Positions 40,995 through 50,136 of a stretch of 64,000 nt of DNA are shown here, piece by piece; the first letter of the stretch is position 1, and the number at the start of each line of letters is the position of its first letter. The notes below the pieces were generated by a model. That model was not told where the DNA came from, ran no database searches, and saw only the letters and a program-made list of their open reading frames with translations. Where the stretch lies: positions 189,444-253,443 of the forward strand of contig JAWCCZ010000003.1 in NCBI GenBank assembly GCA_038861545.1, given 5' to 3'. Source of the stretch: Thermofilaceae archaeon (GTDB lineage: Archaea; Thermoproteota; Thermoprotei; Thermofilales; Thermofilaceae). Both the position numbers and the translations under genes were made by a program.

Positions 40995-41984
40995 CTAAGG
41001 CAAGCTTGTAGCGTTCGAAGCTTTATTCCCAATGCCAGCGTCGCTTTGAGATATGAATGCTCTCCGTAATTCTGTTAGCATGCCTAAGAGGAAGGCGTAC
41101 CGGCGTAGTACCCAGTAAGGTAGTAACTGCCAGTTGCTTAGCCGGAAAGCTAGAAGTAGCCCTTTGATCGGCGCTAACATGGCTGCCAATATGGGATACA
41201 GGTATACTAAGTCGTTGAACAGCAGGTACACGCTCCTGCTCCATCTGTAGCACTTCCAGAAGGACTTCTCATTCCTATACCTTGCGATTACGTGCGCATA
41301 ACCTTTCCCCCAACCGATCTGCTGCTTTACTAGTTCCTTAATACTTCTCCTGAACCTACTGTAAGTGCCTGGGGAGTCGACGACTTTAATCTTAAAGCCA
41401 GCCCTGTATGCTCTATAGCTGAAATCTAGATCATCGCCGCCGTAGGGTGGGTGAAGCCAGAAACCCTTTACTCTTTCAAACACTTCCCTTCTAAAGGATA
41501 TGAAAGCCCCTCCAGCGAAACATCGATTTTTCTTCAACTCTTCGGAATAGGCTCGCCCTTTAGTCCATATGATGCTTTCCAATTCCTCTAAAAATGTCTC
41601 TGAAGGTCCGCTGCACCCTTTAACATCAACTATGTCTACCCCCTCCTCAATCGCCTGAATAACCTTCACGAAGTGCTCGGGACCGACAACGCAGTCAGCG
41701 TCTACAAAACAGATCACATCACCCTTAGCTGAAACTACGCCAAGGTTCCTAGCTATGCCAATCCCTTTACCCTCGTCGTATACCACCTTAATGTACCCCT
41801 TGAAACGCGACAGAATTACAGGGGTATTGTCGCTGCTGCGGGCATCCACCACGACGATTTCTCTATACCAACCCGGCGGGATTCTTGACTTGAGAATGCT
41901 AAGCAGAGTTCGTCCAAGAGTTCCCCCGTTGTTCTTTGACAAGATTAAGACGCTTACCGTACGCATGCCTTTCCAGAGGGTCAC
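40995..41984 (-). CDS. GT2 glycosyltransferase
   Basis: VVDARSSDNT, ARNLG, FVDADC, GGDDLD, Q..GWGKG. Confidence 0.9.
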   Translation of the reverse strand: MTLWKGMRTVSVLILSKNNGGTLGRTLLSILKSRIPPGWYREIVVVDARSSDNTPVILSRFKGYIKVVYDEGKGIGIARNLGVVSAKGDVICFVDADCVVGPEHFVKVIQAIEEGVDIVDVKGCSGPSETFLEELESIIWTKGRAYSEELKKNRCFAGGAFISFRREVFERVKGFWLHPPYGGDDLDFSYRAYRAGFKIKVVDSPGTYSRFRRSIKELVKQQIGWGKGYAHVIARYRNEKSFWKCYRWSRSVYLLFNDLVYLYPILAAMLAPIKGLLLAFRLSNWQLLPYWVLRRYAFLLGMLTELRRAFISQSDAGIGNKASNATSLP

Positions 41985-41997
41985 AGAAAGGGGACAC

Positions 41998-43167
41998 TTA
42001 TCTGTTTACCGTGGAAAGTACGAAATCCCTGTAGACCGGCGCCAGTTTTTCCCACTCAAAAAGCTTAGCTCGCTCCCTGGCCCTAACGCTCAACTCACCC
42101 CTTAATTCTTTATTAAAGTAAAGCTCCACCATGGAGTCAGCTAATCCCTCTACATCGTCCAGGTTTACGTATAATGCGGAACCCCCGAGAGCGCTTAAAG
42201 CACCTGGCGATCGCTCGGCGATTATCGCTTTGCTTGCAGCCATATACTGAAAAAGTTTTATTCGCTCAGCGTAGTACGCGACTGGGTGCCTACTGGTAGG
42301 TGCCAGTAATACGTCAGCCGCAGCGAAAGCGCTTTGTCTCTCAAAACTAGCGTAAGGTAAAGCACCAATCAATTTAATTTTGCCGTGAACCTTCAGCTTG
42401 TGAATTAGCCTATAGGTTTGCGTATCTATCCTCGATATCTGGAGGACAAGCACGGCCTTCTGTACTTTATTATTAGCATAAGCGAAGGCTTTCAGCATCT
42501 TATCGGTTCCCTGTAAATCTATCCCCTCAACCCTCCATAAACCACCGCTGTAGAAGAAAATGAAGCGACCGTTAAGACTATTTTTCCTTTTAAAATAATC
42601 CGGTTTTCCAAACTTTGATGGATTGAAGCTCGAGAAATCAATTCCATGCGGAACGTAAACTGAACGCCTAATTTTAATCCTTCGCGATATAACCTCCATC
42701 ATCGGTCTGCTCCAGAAGATTACCCCCTCAGCTTCTTCGACGGCCCGAATGTCAAGCGGGTTAATCTCATCCCACGGCCACATCCATACATCCATCCAAT
42801 CAATAATCACAGCATGGTCATCCCATATGCGCTTTGACCCCAAGTACGGGTTCAAAGCTATTACCGCATCTGCGGCAACACTCCCTAGGTACGTGGAGTT
42901 TAGCGCGTCGTGGAGTAAAGCGGTAATGTAATAGTCTCCGCCGCTTCTGCTTCTCTTGGAAAATATACTTTCAACTTTTGCAAGCTTAAATACTGGAGAC
43001 ACTACTATTGGGTACAGCGCTTTTACACGCTTTAGAGCGTCTGGAGAAGCATACACTTTTAAAAACGGAATAGCTTTTTTAGCGAAAAGCGGCCTCCTAT
43101 AGCTAAAAGGGTTAAATCCCGTTACATATGCTATGCTAAGCTCTCTGCCTGTTGCTGACCACGGCAC
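41998..43167 (-). CDS. GT4-like (GT-B) glycosyltransferase
   Basis: DWMD, VPHGID, YSGG, ADVLLAP, IKLFQYMAA.KAII, FEWEK. Confidence 0.82.
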   Translation of the reverse strand: MPWSATGRELSIAYVTGFNPFSYRRPLFAKKAIPFLKVYASPDALKRVKALYPIVVSPVFKLAKVESIFSKRSRSGGDYYITALLHDALNSTYLGSVAADAVIALNPYLGSKRIWDDHAVIIDWMDVWMWPWDEINPLDIRAVEEAEGVIFWSRPMMEVISRRIKIRRSVYVPHGIDFSSFNPSKFGKPDYFKRKNSLNGRFIFFYSGGLWRVEGIDLQGTDKMLKAFAYANNKVQKAVLVLQISRIDTQTYRLIHKLKVHGKIKLIGALPYASFERQSAFAAADVLLAPTSRHPVAYYAERIKLFQYMAASKAIIAERSPGALSALGGSALYVNLDDVEGLADSMVELYFNKELRGELSVRARERAKLFEWEKLAPVYRDFVLSTVNR

Positions 43168-43327
43168 GTTTTTAGGATTACGCTATCCAAATTATAAAAC
43201 CTGTACTCTTGTATCCAAAGATGCAGGAGTACTTAAAAGTATCCCCATGGTAAATACTGGAGGTGAAGAGGAAAACGTTTTCCCAGCCTAGCAGTAGATT
43301 TCGAATGGTAGTGTACCTTTTCCCACC

Positions 43328-44443
43328 TTATCGCTGAGCCCCTTCGGCTGCCTGCGCTACGCAACTGGATATATATTGTAGATCCTCTGGAGTTAAAGCC
43401 GGGTGAACTGGTAGGCTGAGAACTCTCCTACCGGCTTCAACGGCATTAGGGCATATGTCCTGGGGGTAACCCAGTTTCCTGTACAAGGGTTGCTGGAAAA
43501 CCGTCAAGGGATAGTGAACAGCCGTGCCGACGCCTTTGCCTTTAAGATACTCTTTGAGCTCATCCCTGGTGAGGGGGTATTCATCGTTTACGCGTATTAC
43601 GTACTGGTGGTAGACGTGCTTTACTCGGGAATCTTCGTAGGGGACTTCTATTCCAGGTACCTTGGATAACTGCTCGCTCAGCTTCCTAGCGTTCTCCCTC
43701 CTAGCCTCGTTAAACCGATCAAGCTTTTTCAGCTGTACGCGCCCGATCGCAGCCTGCATGCTGGTCATCCGCAGGTTGTACCCGAGCTCGACGTGAAGGT
43801 ACTTCTCCGCCTGTCCATGATCTCTGAGCAGCTTAACTCGCTCCGCCACCCTCCTATCGTTTGTTACAACTATACCCCCTTCCCCGGTCGTCATATTTTT
43901 CGTAGCGTAGAAGCTGAATACAGAAGCGTCGCCAAGCGCGCCGGCTTTAACGCCCATGAACTCCGCGCCGTGAGCTTGAGCAGCATCTTCAATTAATACA
44001 AGCTTGTGATCGTCTGCGATCTCCTTTAACGCTCTCATGTCCGCAGGCTGGCCATAAAGGTGTACAACTATCATAGCTTTAGTCTTGGGGGTTATAGCCT
44101 CTAGTACGCTGTTCGGGTCTATGTTGAACGTCCTAGGATCTATATCGGCAAAAAGGGGTTTAGCGCCTTGGTAGAGTACAGCGTTAGCAGTCGCTATGAA
44201 CGTGAACGGCGTGGTTACTACTTCATCCCCGCTGGAGATGCCATAGGCTTTAAGCACGAGGTCCAACGCAGCCGTGCCGTTAGCCACGGAAACAGCGTAG
44301 TTAACGCCTAGGTACTCCGCAAACTCTCTCTCAAATTCCTCTACCTCGGGGCCGTGAGCGATCATACCGCTTTCGAGTACCCTTTTTACAGCTCTGAGTT
44401 CCTCCTCGCCCAGAATGGGTTTAGCTATCGGTATGCTCCGCAT
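43328..44443 (-). CDS. DegT/DnrJ/EryC1/StrS PLP-dependent sugar aminotransferase (WbpE-like)
   Basis: NGTAAL, TFIATAN, VHLYGQ, EDAAQAHG, FSFYATKNMTTGEGG, GYNLRM, LSLPVHP. Confidence 0.95.
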   Translation of the reverse strand: MRSIPIAKPILGEEELRAVKRVLESGMIAHGPEVEEFEREFAEYLGVNYAVSVANGTAALDLVLKAYGISSGDEVVTTPFTFIATANAVLYQGAKPLFADIDPRTFNIDPNSVLEAITPKTKAMIVVHLYGQPADMRALKEIADDHKLVLIEDAAQAHGAEFMGVKAGALGDASVFSFYATKNMTTGEGGIVVTNDRRVAERVKLLRDHGQAEKYLHVELGYNLRMTSMQAAIGRVQLKKLDRFNEARRENARKLSEQLSKVPGIEVPYEDSRVKHVYHQYVIRVNDEYPLTRDELKEYLKGKGVGTAVHYPLTVFQQPLYRKLGYPQDICPNAVEAGRRVLSLPVHPALTPEDLQYISSCVAQAAEGAQR

Positions 44444-44519
44444 CCGGAATCTCCTCGCCTAACTACACGATCTAGGGCGTATTAACTTTGCCGGCTGCGT
44501 TAAACTAAAATCGTTCCCC

Positions 44520-45200
44520 TTGGAAAAGTATTCTGGGGGTTGTTTGGTCGAAATGACGTCAGAGCCGGGTAGCGAAGTCGTGTTCTCCTATCGAGGTGGG
44601 GCATGCGTCATAGTTTCAACTCAGGGTTGCACGCTAGTGTTCGACCCAGGTGACCTGCTTTCAGACGAGGAAATTGCAACGCTTTCCGGAGCTGTCGCGG
44701 TGCTGTTTACACAGTCTCTAGACGATCATTTCCACGCGAGAACCACGATGAAGCTGGTTAGCATGAAAGGTGCCTTAGTTATAGGGACAAGTGACGTATG
44801 CAAAGAGGTGGCGGATTTCGTTCCCTCAAGCAAGCTTGTAGAGTTGTTGCCGCGAAGAGGGGTTAGAGTCGGTCCGCTTAGAGTATTCGCTATTGAAGGG
44901 AAGCACGAGGTTCCTGTTAACCTCTACTACGTAACTTGGGGGCCTTCGCTTTTCTTCGCGGGAGACACGGGTTACGTACCACTTTCGAAATTGAAGGCGC
45001 AGTTAGCTTTCCTTCCAACGGGGGGATCCCCCTTCGCTAGCCCTGAGTCCTCTGTACGCATGGCATTAGACTTGGAAGCCCGATACGTTGTTCCAATCCA
45101 TGGTAGCGGTGAGGAAGCTAAGCAGGTTGAGGAATTGTTGAGCGGTAAAGCTAAGGTCATAGTTCCAGTTCCGCGCAGGGAGTACGTGGTTAAGTTCTAA
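44520..45200 (+). CDS. Metallo-beta-lactamase fold protein with degenerate metal motif
   Basis: FDP, TQSLDDH (for THxHxDH), GKH, FAGDTG, VVPIH; start may be the ATG at 44553. Confidence 0.75.
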   Translation: MEKYSGGCLVEMTSEPGSEVVFSYRGGACVIVSTQGCTLVFDPGDLLSDEEIATLSGAVAVLFTQSLDDHFHARTTMKLVSMKGALVIGTSDVCKEVADFVPSSKLVELLPRRGVRVGPLRVFAIEGKHEVPVNLYYVTWGPSLFFAGDTGYVPLSKLKAQLAFLPTGGSPFASPESSVRMALDLEARYVVPIHGSGEEAKQVEELLSGKAKVIVPVPRREYVVKF

Positions 45201-45395
45201 AGAGGGGTCTATACAGTATAGCGACTTACCAACTTTTTTCAACCGAGTTTCACGCTTTATCATTTAGGCATTCGTAAACCTTCTCTAAACTTCTACCTTC
45301 TCCATACCCTAAACGATATTGCATGTGCTCACGCCACATCGACCCAGCATGGCCGGTAACACATCTTATAAATACGGATTAACCTTAACGCGATT

Positions 45396-46739
45396 GTGGT
45401 GAGTAGAGACTACTCGCTAGCCGTGTACGGATTGGGTTATGTAGGTAAGGCTATAGCATCAGTAATGTTGAGGGCTGGGTTCAGTGTTATAGGAGTTGAT
45501 TCCTCGGAGAACGTGGTCCGCGAGGTTAAAGCGGGGATAGTGAAGCATGTTGAAGGAAATGTAAGAGAGACTTTACTGCAGGGTTTGCGTGCCGGGCTTT
45601 TCGATGTTACTATGGATGGAGTAGCCGCTTCACGGCGATGCAGGGTTAAGCTTGTTACAGTACCGGTTTACTTAACTTCTCTCTACGAACCGGATTTTTC
45701 GAGGCTTAAAGCTGCCGCGGAAGCTATCGGTATGGGGGCTGAAGAGGGCGATCTAGTAATCGTCGAGTCATCTGTACCGCCCGGTACCACAATGGAGGTT
45801 ATTAAACCAGCTTTAGAGGAGGCCAGTGGTCTACGCGTTGAAGAGGAGCTACTCTTAGCTTATAGCCCCGAGAGAATCTATATTGGAAGGTCGGTACAGG
45901 ATATCGAGGAGCGTTACCCGAAAATAGTAGCGGGGGTGGGTCCTAGAAGTACTGAAGCTGCAAAAAATCTCTACTTGAAAATCGCTAAAAGAGGGGTGAT
46001 TGAGCTCAGCAGCCCTACCGCGGCGGAGCTGGAGAAACTCGCGGAGGGTGTATACCGCGACGTAAACATTGCTTTAACTAATGAGTTAGCTAAGCTCTGC
46101 ACGAAGCTTGGCATTGATTACCGGGAAGTTAGGGAAGCAGCTAACAGTCAGCCCTACTGTCACTTACACGTGCCAGGTGTAGGTGTCGGCGGGTACTGTA
46201 TCCCAGTCTATCCCCGCTTCCTCATGTACGTCGGCAGAAAGCTGAACGTGGGTTTGCCTTTAATAGAACTAGCCAGGGAAACCAACTTAACCATGCCGAG
46301 TTACACAGCAGGCTTAGTCGATTTAGTAGTAAAAGAGTTAGGGTTAAAGGAGCCTAAAATCGTTATCTTGGGGCTAGCCTTCAGGGGCGGGGTGGACGAC
46401 ACAAGATTCTCGCCAACGTACGATCTAATCGATAGCTTATTGAAGAAGGGCTACTCTATTGAACGAGTTCACGACCCCTACGTTGAGCGGGACGAAACGC
46501 TAGCTTCTCTCAATATACTACTCAGTAGGAAAATGGAAGAAGCAGTAAAGGGCACCGACGTACTAGTAATCGCAACGGATCATCCTGAATATTCCAGCCT
46601 TACGCTAGCCATGCTTAAAGAGTTATCCGGGGCAGGGAAGCTTGGAGTAGTTGACGGGCGGTTAGTTCTAAAAGGATGGAGAGAGCCGCCACCTGGTGTA
46701 GCTTACGTAGGTATCGGGAGACCCTTAATCAAGGGCTAA
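45396..46739 (+). CDS. Nucleotide-sugar dehydrogenase (WecC/WbpA-like)
   Basis: GLGYVG, ESSVPPGTT, YSPER, KL.EG.YRDVNIA, PGVGVGGYCIP, GLAFRGGVDD.R, DP.V, TDH. Confidence 0.93.
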   Translation: MVSRDYSLAVYGLGYVGKAIASVMLRAGFSVIGVDSSENVVREVKAGIVKHVEGNVRETLLQGLRAGLFDVTMDGVAASRRCRVKLVTVPVYLTSLYEPDFSRLKAAAEAIGMGAEEGDLVIVESSVPPGTTMEVIKPALEEASGLRVEEELLLAYSPERIYIGRSVQDIEERYPKIVAGVGPRSTEAAKNLYLKIAKRGVIELSSPTAAELEKLAEGVYRDVNIALTNELAKLCTKLGIDYREVREAANSQPYCHLHVPGVGVGGYCIPVYPRFLMYVGRKLNVGLPLIELARETNLTMPSYTAGLVDLVVKELGLKEPKIVILGLAFRGGVDDTRFSPTYDLIDSLLKKGYSIERVHDPYVERDETLASLNILLSRKMEEAVKGTDVLVIATDHPEYSSLTLAMLKELSGAGKLGVVDGRLVLKGWREPPPGVAYVGIGRPLIKG

Positions 46740-46743
46740 TAAG

Positions 46744-47121
46744 TCAGCTTCTGAACGAGACTATATTCAGGTTTCTTGCGGCTTCCAGGGACCATCCAGC
46801 TAGTATCTCGGCTATCCCTCTTTGGGCTTCTTGTCTAGTGAAGTTGAAACCTAAACGCTTGTAGGCTTCCTCTGCGACCTCTGGGTTCACACGGGGGATG
46901 AACTTTTTTACAAGTTTTTCCCTGACTTCCAGTAGACGAAGTCTGCCGGTGCTTTCAACCAACTCTTTGATAAATTCTATATCATCCCTGGTTATGATCG
47001 CTTCCTCAATTCCTCTTTCTTTTGCAAGCTCCCAATAGCTGTAAAGGGGCTTGTAGCTGCCAACTATACTCCCATCAGCTAGGAGCGGTTTCCTTTCCAC
47101 TATTATCTCCTTCATTTTCAC
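46744..47121 (-). CDS. Hypothetical protein
   Basis: 125-aa ORF with host-like composition filling the gap between neighbours. Confidence 0.65.
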   Translation of the reverse strand: MKMKEIIVERKPLLADGSIVGSYKPLYSYWELAKERGIEEAIITRDDIEFIKELVESTGRLRLLEVREKLVKKFIPRVNPEVAEEAYKRLGFNFTRQEAQRGIAEILAGWSLEAARNLNIVSFRS

Positions 47122-47193
47122 GGGAAAAACTTTACTGAAAAAGGGTGTTACATTAATTAACGTTAAAATACATGGGATACGTAGTGCGCTTTA

Positions 47194-48267
47194 GTGCCGA
47201 GGGTAAGCGGTAAAGCAGGCTATATGCTAGGTTTAGTTATCGGAATAGCTATACTGGCCATCATAGTTATCTTAAGCGACCCCGCAACTGTTGCTTGGAG
47301 GATTGCCAAGGCGAAGCTTGTATACGTTGCATTAGCATGTATCTTCGACTTTGCATCAATCATATTTTACTCGTTAGCTTGGGTTTTAGCAGCGCGCGCG
47401 GTTGAAGTCGGCATCAACTTAACAGATGGTTTAATTGCCTCGATACTCGGGCTTTTCGCTGACAAGCTCGTAGCCTCCGCTTCAGCTTCTGGAGAAATTG
47501 TACGTTTAGCTTACATTAAGAGCAGGAACAGCGAAGTCAACTACACAGACCTTCTGGCCACTATAATGATTCACAGGTTCCTTTACAACATAGCCTTTAT
47601 AGCGCTTTTAGCCATCGCATCAACGGATCTGGTGTTAAGAGGGGATCTCCCTCATATGTTAATTTTTCTAGTAATACTGGCTATCATAAGCACTTTAATT
47701 GCATCCTACTTAACTTTGAAACCCGAAACCTTAAAGGGAGTTGCGCGCGCGACCGGGTCATTCGCTGAGCGTATAGCGGTGCGCTTTCTCAGCGAAAGAA
47801 AGCTTAACTTAGCAGCTAAAGCAGAGGAGTTGGTAGAAGGGCTTTCAATCTCCGTGAAAAAAGCGGCTGGAAGGAAAATCTATATGTCTTTAGCAGCGAT
47901 GCTTATGCTGGCCCAATGGATAGCAGGAGCTTTCGAGTTCAGCGTTCTCTTTACTGCTATCGGTCAGGGTATTAGCTTCTGGGTATCGCTGGTAATTTTC
48001 CCCCTTCACTGTTTTTTGACGGCTTTACCGGTCGGCTTACCAGCAGCGGTCGGAGTTACCGAAGCAGGGACTCTACTTGGCTTGATAGCTTTTGGTGTGG
48101 ACAGGCCGAGCGCAATGGCTGTAACGCTCCTAGTTAGGTTCGTGGAAGTCTGGTTTGAGACGCTTCTAGGGGTTACGGTCGCCACTCTCGTGGGGGTTTT
48201 CCAGTATGAAGCGCGAGTATTTGAGTGGATAAGGAGATTAACCTCGAGCGGTGATTCAAGTGGGTAA
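47194..48267 (+). CDS. Lysylphosphatidylglycerol synthase TM-domain (UPF0104) flippase-like membrane protein
   Basis: SGE..R..Y, P...GVTEAG, LLVRF...W, about 8 TM segments. Confidence 0.85.
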   Translation: MPRVSGKAGYMLGLVIGIAILAIIVILSDPATVAWRIAKAKLVYVALACIFDFASIIFYSLAWVLAARAVEVGINLTDGLIASILGLFADKLVASASASGEIVRLAYIKSRNSEVNYTDLLATIMIHRFLYNIAFIALLAIASTDLVLRGDLPHMLIFLVILAIISTLIASYLTLKPETLKGVARATGSFAERIAVRFLSERKLNLAAKAEELVEGLSISVKKAAGRKIYMSLAAMLMLAQWIAGAFEFSVLFTAIGQGISFWVSLVIFPLHCFLTALPVGLPAAVGVTEAGTLLGLIAFGVDRPSAMAVTLLVRFVEVWFETLLGVTVATLVGVFQYEARVFEWIRRLTSSGDSSG

Positions 48268-48805
48268 AATAGAGGTGGAAGTTAAGGCGAAGGCAAACTT
48301 AGACCGCGCTAGGAGAGCGTTATCAACGCTGGGAGCTAACCTAGTGAAAATCGAAGTCCAGGAGGATATATATTTCAACCATCCTTGCAGGGATCTACTG
48401 AAGCTAGATGAGGCTCTAAGGTTGCGGTTAAAGGAAGAGGGCGCAGAGCTTACTTACAAGGGCCCTCGCCAATCCGGTAATGAGAAAGCCAGAATAGAGG
48501 TTACCGTTAAGGTGAGCGATGCAGTTGAAATGTTAAGCCTTCTCGCGAACCTAGGTTTCAAGGAGGCCCTTAAGGTGAGGAAGCTTCGTGAAACTTACAT
48601 GCTAAATGATATCGAGGTAGCGCTTGATAAAGTCGAGGGTTTAGGAGAGTTCGTGGAGATCGAGGTCGGCGAACACGATTTAAGCAAGGCTTTCAATATC
48701 CTGGAGAAGCTGGGCGCGGGGGAGATCGTGAAAGAAACGTACGCTGAGCTGCTTCTCAAAGGCGAAAGGTTAGACAGTGGAGGCGGATGTTCGCCAACCG
48801 CCTGA
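48251..48805 (+). CDS. cyaB: CYTH-domain protein, class IV adenylate cyclase-like
   Basis: EVEVK, QEDIYF.HP.RD, DEALRLR, TYKGP, V.K.R, LD.V.GLG.FVEIE, Y.ELL. Confidence 0.88.
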   Translation: MIQVGKIEVEVKAKANLDRARRALSTLGANLVKIEVQEDIYFNHPCRDLLKLDEALRLRLKEEGAELTYKGPRQSGNEKARIEVTVKVSDAVEMLSLLANLGFKEALKVRKLRETYMLNDIEVALDKVEGLGEFVEIEVGEHDLSKAFNILEKLGAGEIVKETYAELLLKGERLDSGGGCSPTA

Positions 48806-49141
48806 GCGAGCAGCCTTTTCCACGACGTCCAGTACCTGTCCCAGAAGCCCCTTTTCCTGGAGGGAATTACAGAGTTCGCACATCGAAACTGTTCCCCCCT
48901 CTATGAGCTTCGCAACGGTTTCGTCTAGAAGATCCTTTATACCGGGGACGTTTTCAACTAACGAGCGATAGAGACCGCGCTCCATGTGGACGTACCTGCT
49001 TACCGCGCTTTGGCTAACGCCTACAAGCTTAGCGATATTTAGCTGCTTCATGCGCTTTTCTCTGTACATGTGAGTTATAAGCGCGCCCCGCATTGCCGGT
49101 AACACGTACTTAGCAAGTTTTTCGCACGGGCTTTTTAACAT
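48770..49141 (-). CDS. Archaeal HTH transcriptional regulator (PCE..AK.VLP family)
   Basis: SPCEKLAKYVLPAMR, Q..IA.L.GVSQSAVSRY...RG, C..C. Confidence 0.85.
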   Translation of the reverse strand: MLKSPCEKLAKYVLPAMRGALITHMYREKRMKQLNIAKLVGVSQSAVSRYVHMERGLYRSLVENVPGIKDLLDETVAKLIEGGTVSMCELCNSLQEKGLLGQVLDVVEKAARSGGWRTSASTV

Positions 49142-49179
49142 ACGGGTAATTTATGACATTGGAAATATAAGTTTATCGT

Positions 49180-49404
49180 TTACCTAGATCTTAACTTTCT
49201 CTTCAGGAAGATCCTTAGTAGCTCTCTCTTACCGTTCTTCACCTTAACAGATCCGATAATTTCCATTTCCTGTAAGCGTCGCGCTATCCTCCAAGCGGAA
49301 GTATGAGGCATGCTAAGCGCACGCCGCACCTCGTAGAGATACGCGCTGCCGCCGCGCTCGGCGAGATAAGTTACAAACTTTTTCTCGTCCTCGTTTAACC
49401 TCAT
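49180..49404 (-). CDS. Small winged-helix DNA-binding protein
   Basis: L.EDE...V..L...GG...Y.VR..L.MP.TSAWR...RL...EII. Confidence 0.75.
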   Translation of the reverse strand: MRLNEDEKKFVTYLAERGGSAYLYEVRRALSMPHTSAWRIARRLQEMEIIGSVKVKNGKRELLRIFLKRKLRSR

Positions 49405-49456
49405 CGAATCCCTATACCTTGGAAGGTTTGGGTAAAAAGCGTTTTTCTAATCGACG

Positions 49457-49894
49457 TTAGACAGTTAAAACGTCGTGCACAGTTTGAAGGGCATCTGCCT
49501 TACCAACCTTAGCCGCCTCGGCGAGCGCTCTCGCAGCGTGCTCTTTTAGTACCTGCTCCACGTTAAAGCCCATCCTAGCGTACCTCTTCGCTTGCAGAAC
49601 CACTGCGAGCTCGTGAGCTAGGTTAGCTAAACAGTTTTCTAGCGAATCTTCCTCAACCTTGTTTGACGAGGTAGCGAGCTCCGGAGATGTTTTTCCCAGT
49701 TCACGAGCAACTGTAGTGTAAACAACTTTGCCGACGTCGCATCCGCTGAATGCGGCTAACTTAACCGCTATGAGGATCTCCTCGATCAAATGGGCGCCTA
49801 ACGGCTCTAACAGGCTGAACGGGATACCGAGATCAAGCCATAGATCATTAACCTTAAACTTTGAGACTTCAAGCAGCTTAGTAAATGCTTCCAC
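49457..49894 (-). CDS. Hypothetical protein
   Basis: 145-aa helical ORF downstream of tRNA-Leu on the same strand. Confidence 0.55.
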   Translation of the reverse strand: MEAFTKLLEVSKFKVNDLWLDLGIPFSLLEPLGAHLIEEILIAVKLAAFSGCDVGKVVYTTVARELGKTSPELATSSNKVEEDSLENCLANLAHELAVVLQAKRYARMGFNVEQVLKEHAARALAEAAKVGKADALQTVHDVLTV

Positions 49895-49935
49895 AACTCC
49901 TCTTCTCTAAGGGGGAAAAATGCTTACCGGAGTAA

Positions 49936-50059
49936 TGGTGCGGGGGCCGGGATTCGAACCCGGGCAGGCCTCCGCCAGCGGATTTCTCAGCATAGAGCCC
50001 TTAAGTTTAGGCCCGGACGCGCCGGTCCGCCCCCTTTGTCCAGGCTCGGGCACCCCCGC
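49936..50059 (-). tRNA. tRNA-Leu(TAA) with two introns (30/31, 20 nt, 50007-50026; 37/38, 16 nt, 49984-49999), CCA encoded
   Basis: Acceptor GCGGGGG/CCCCCGC, long variable arm, T-loop TTCGAAT; removing both BHB introns gives GCGGA-CT-TAA-GA-TCCGC. Confidence 0.9.
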
Positions 50060-50136
50060 GCCTAAAACGTAAAGATGGTGGTGGGTTTAAGGCTTTCGAT
50101 GGAGTTTAACCGTCTGTTTTCTCGTGAAGCTTTATT

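Noticed and set aside
45066-45263. Minus-strand ORF starting MIKRETRLKKVGKSLY, AbrB/MazE-like
   Set aside because: Resemblance covers only ~20 aa, the rest overlaps the MBL gene antisense, and there is no adjacent toxin.
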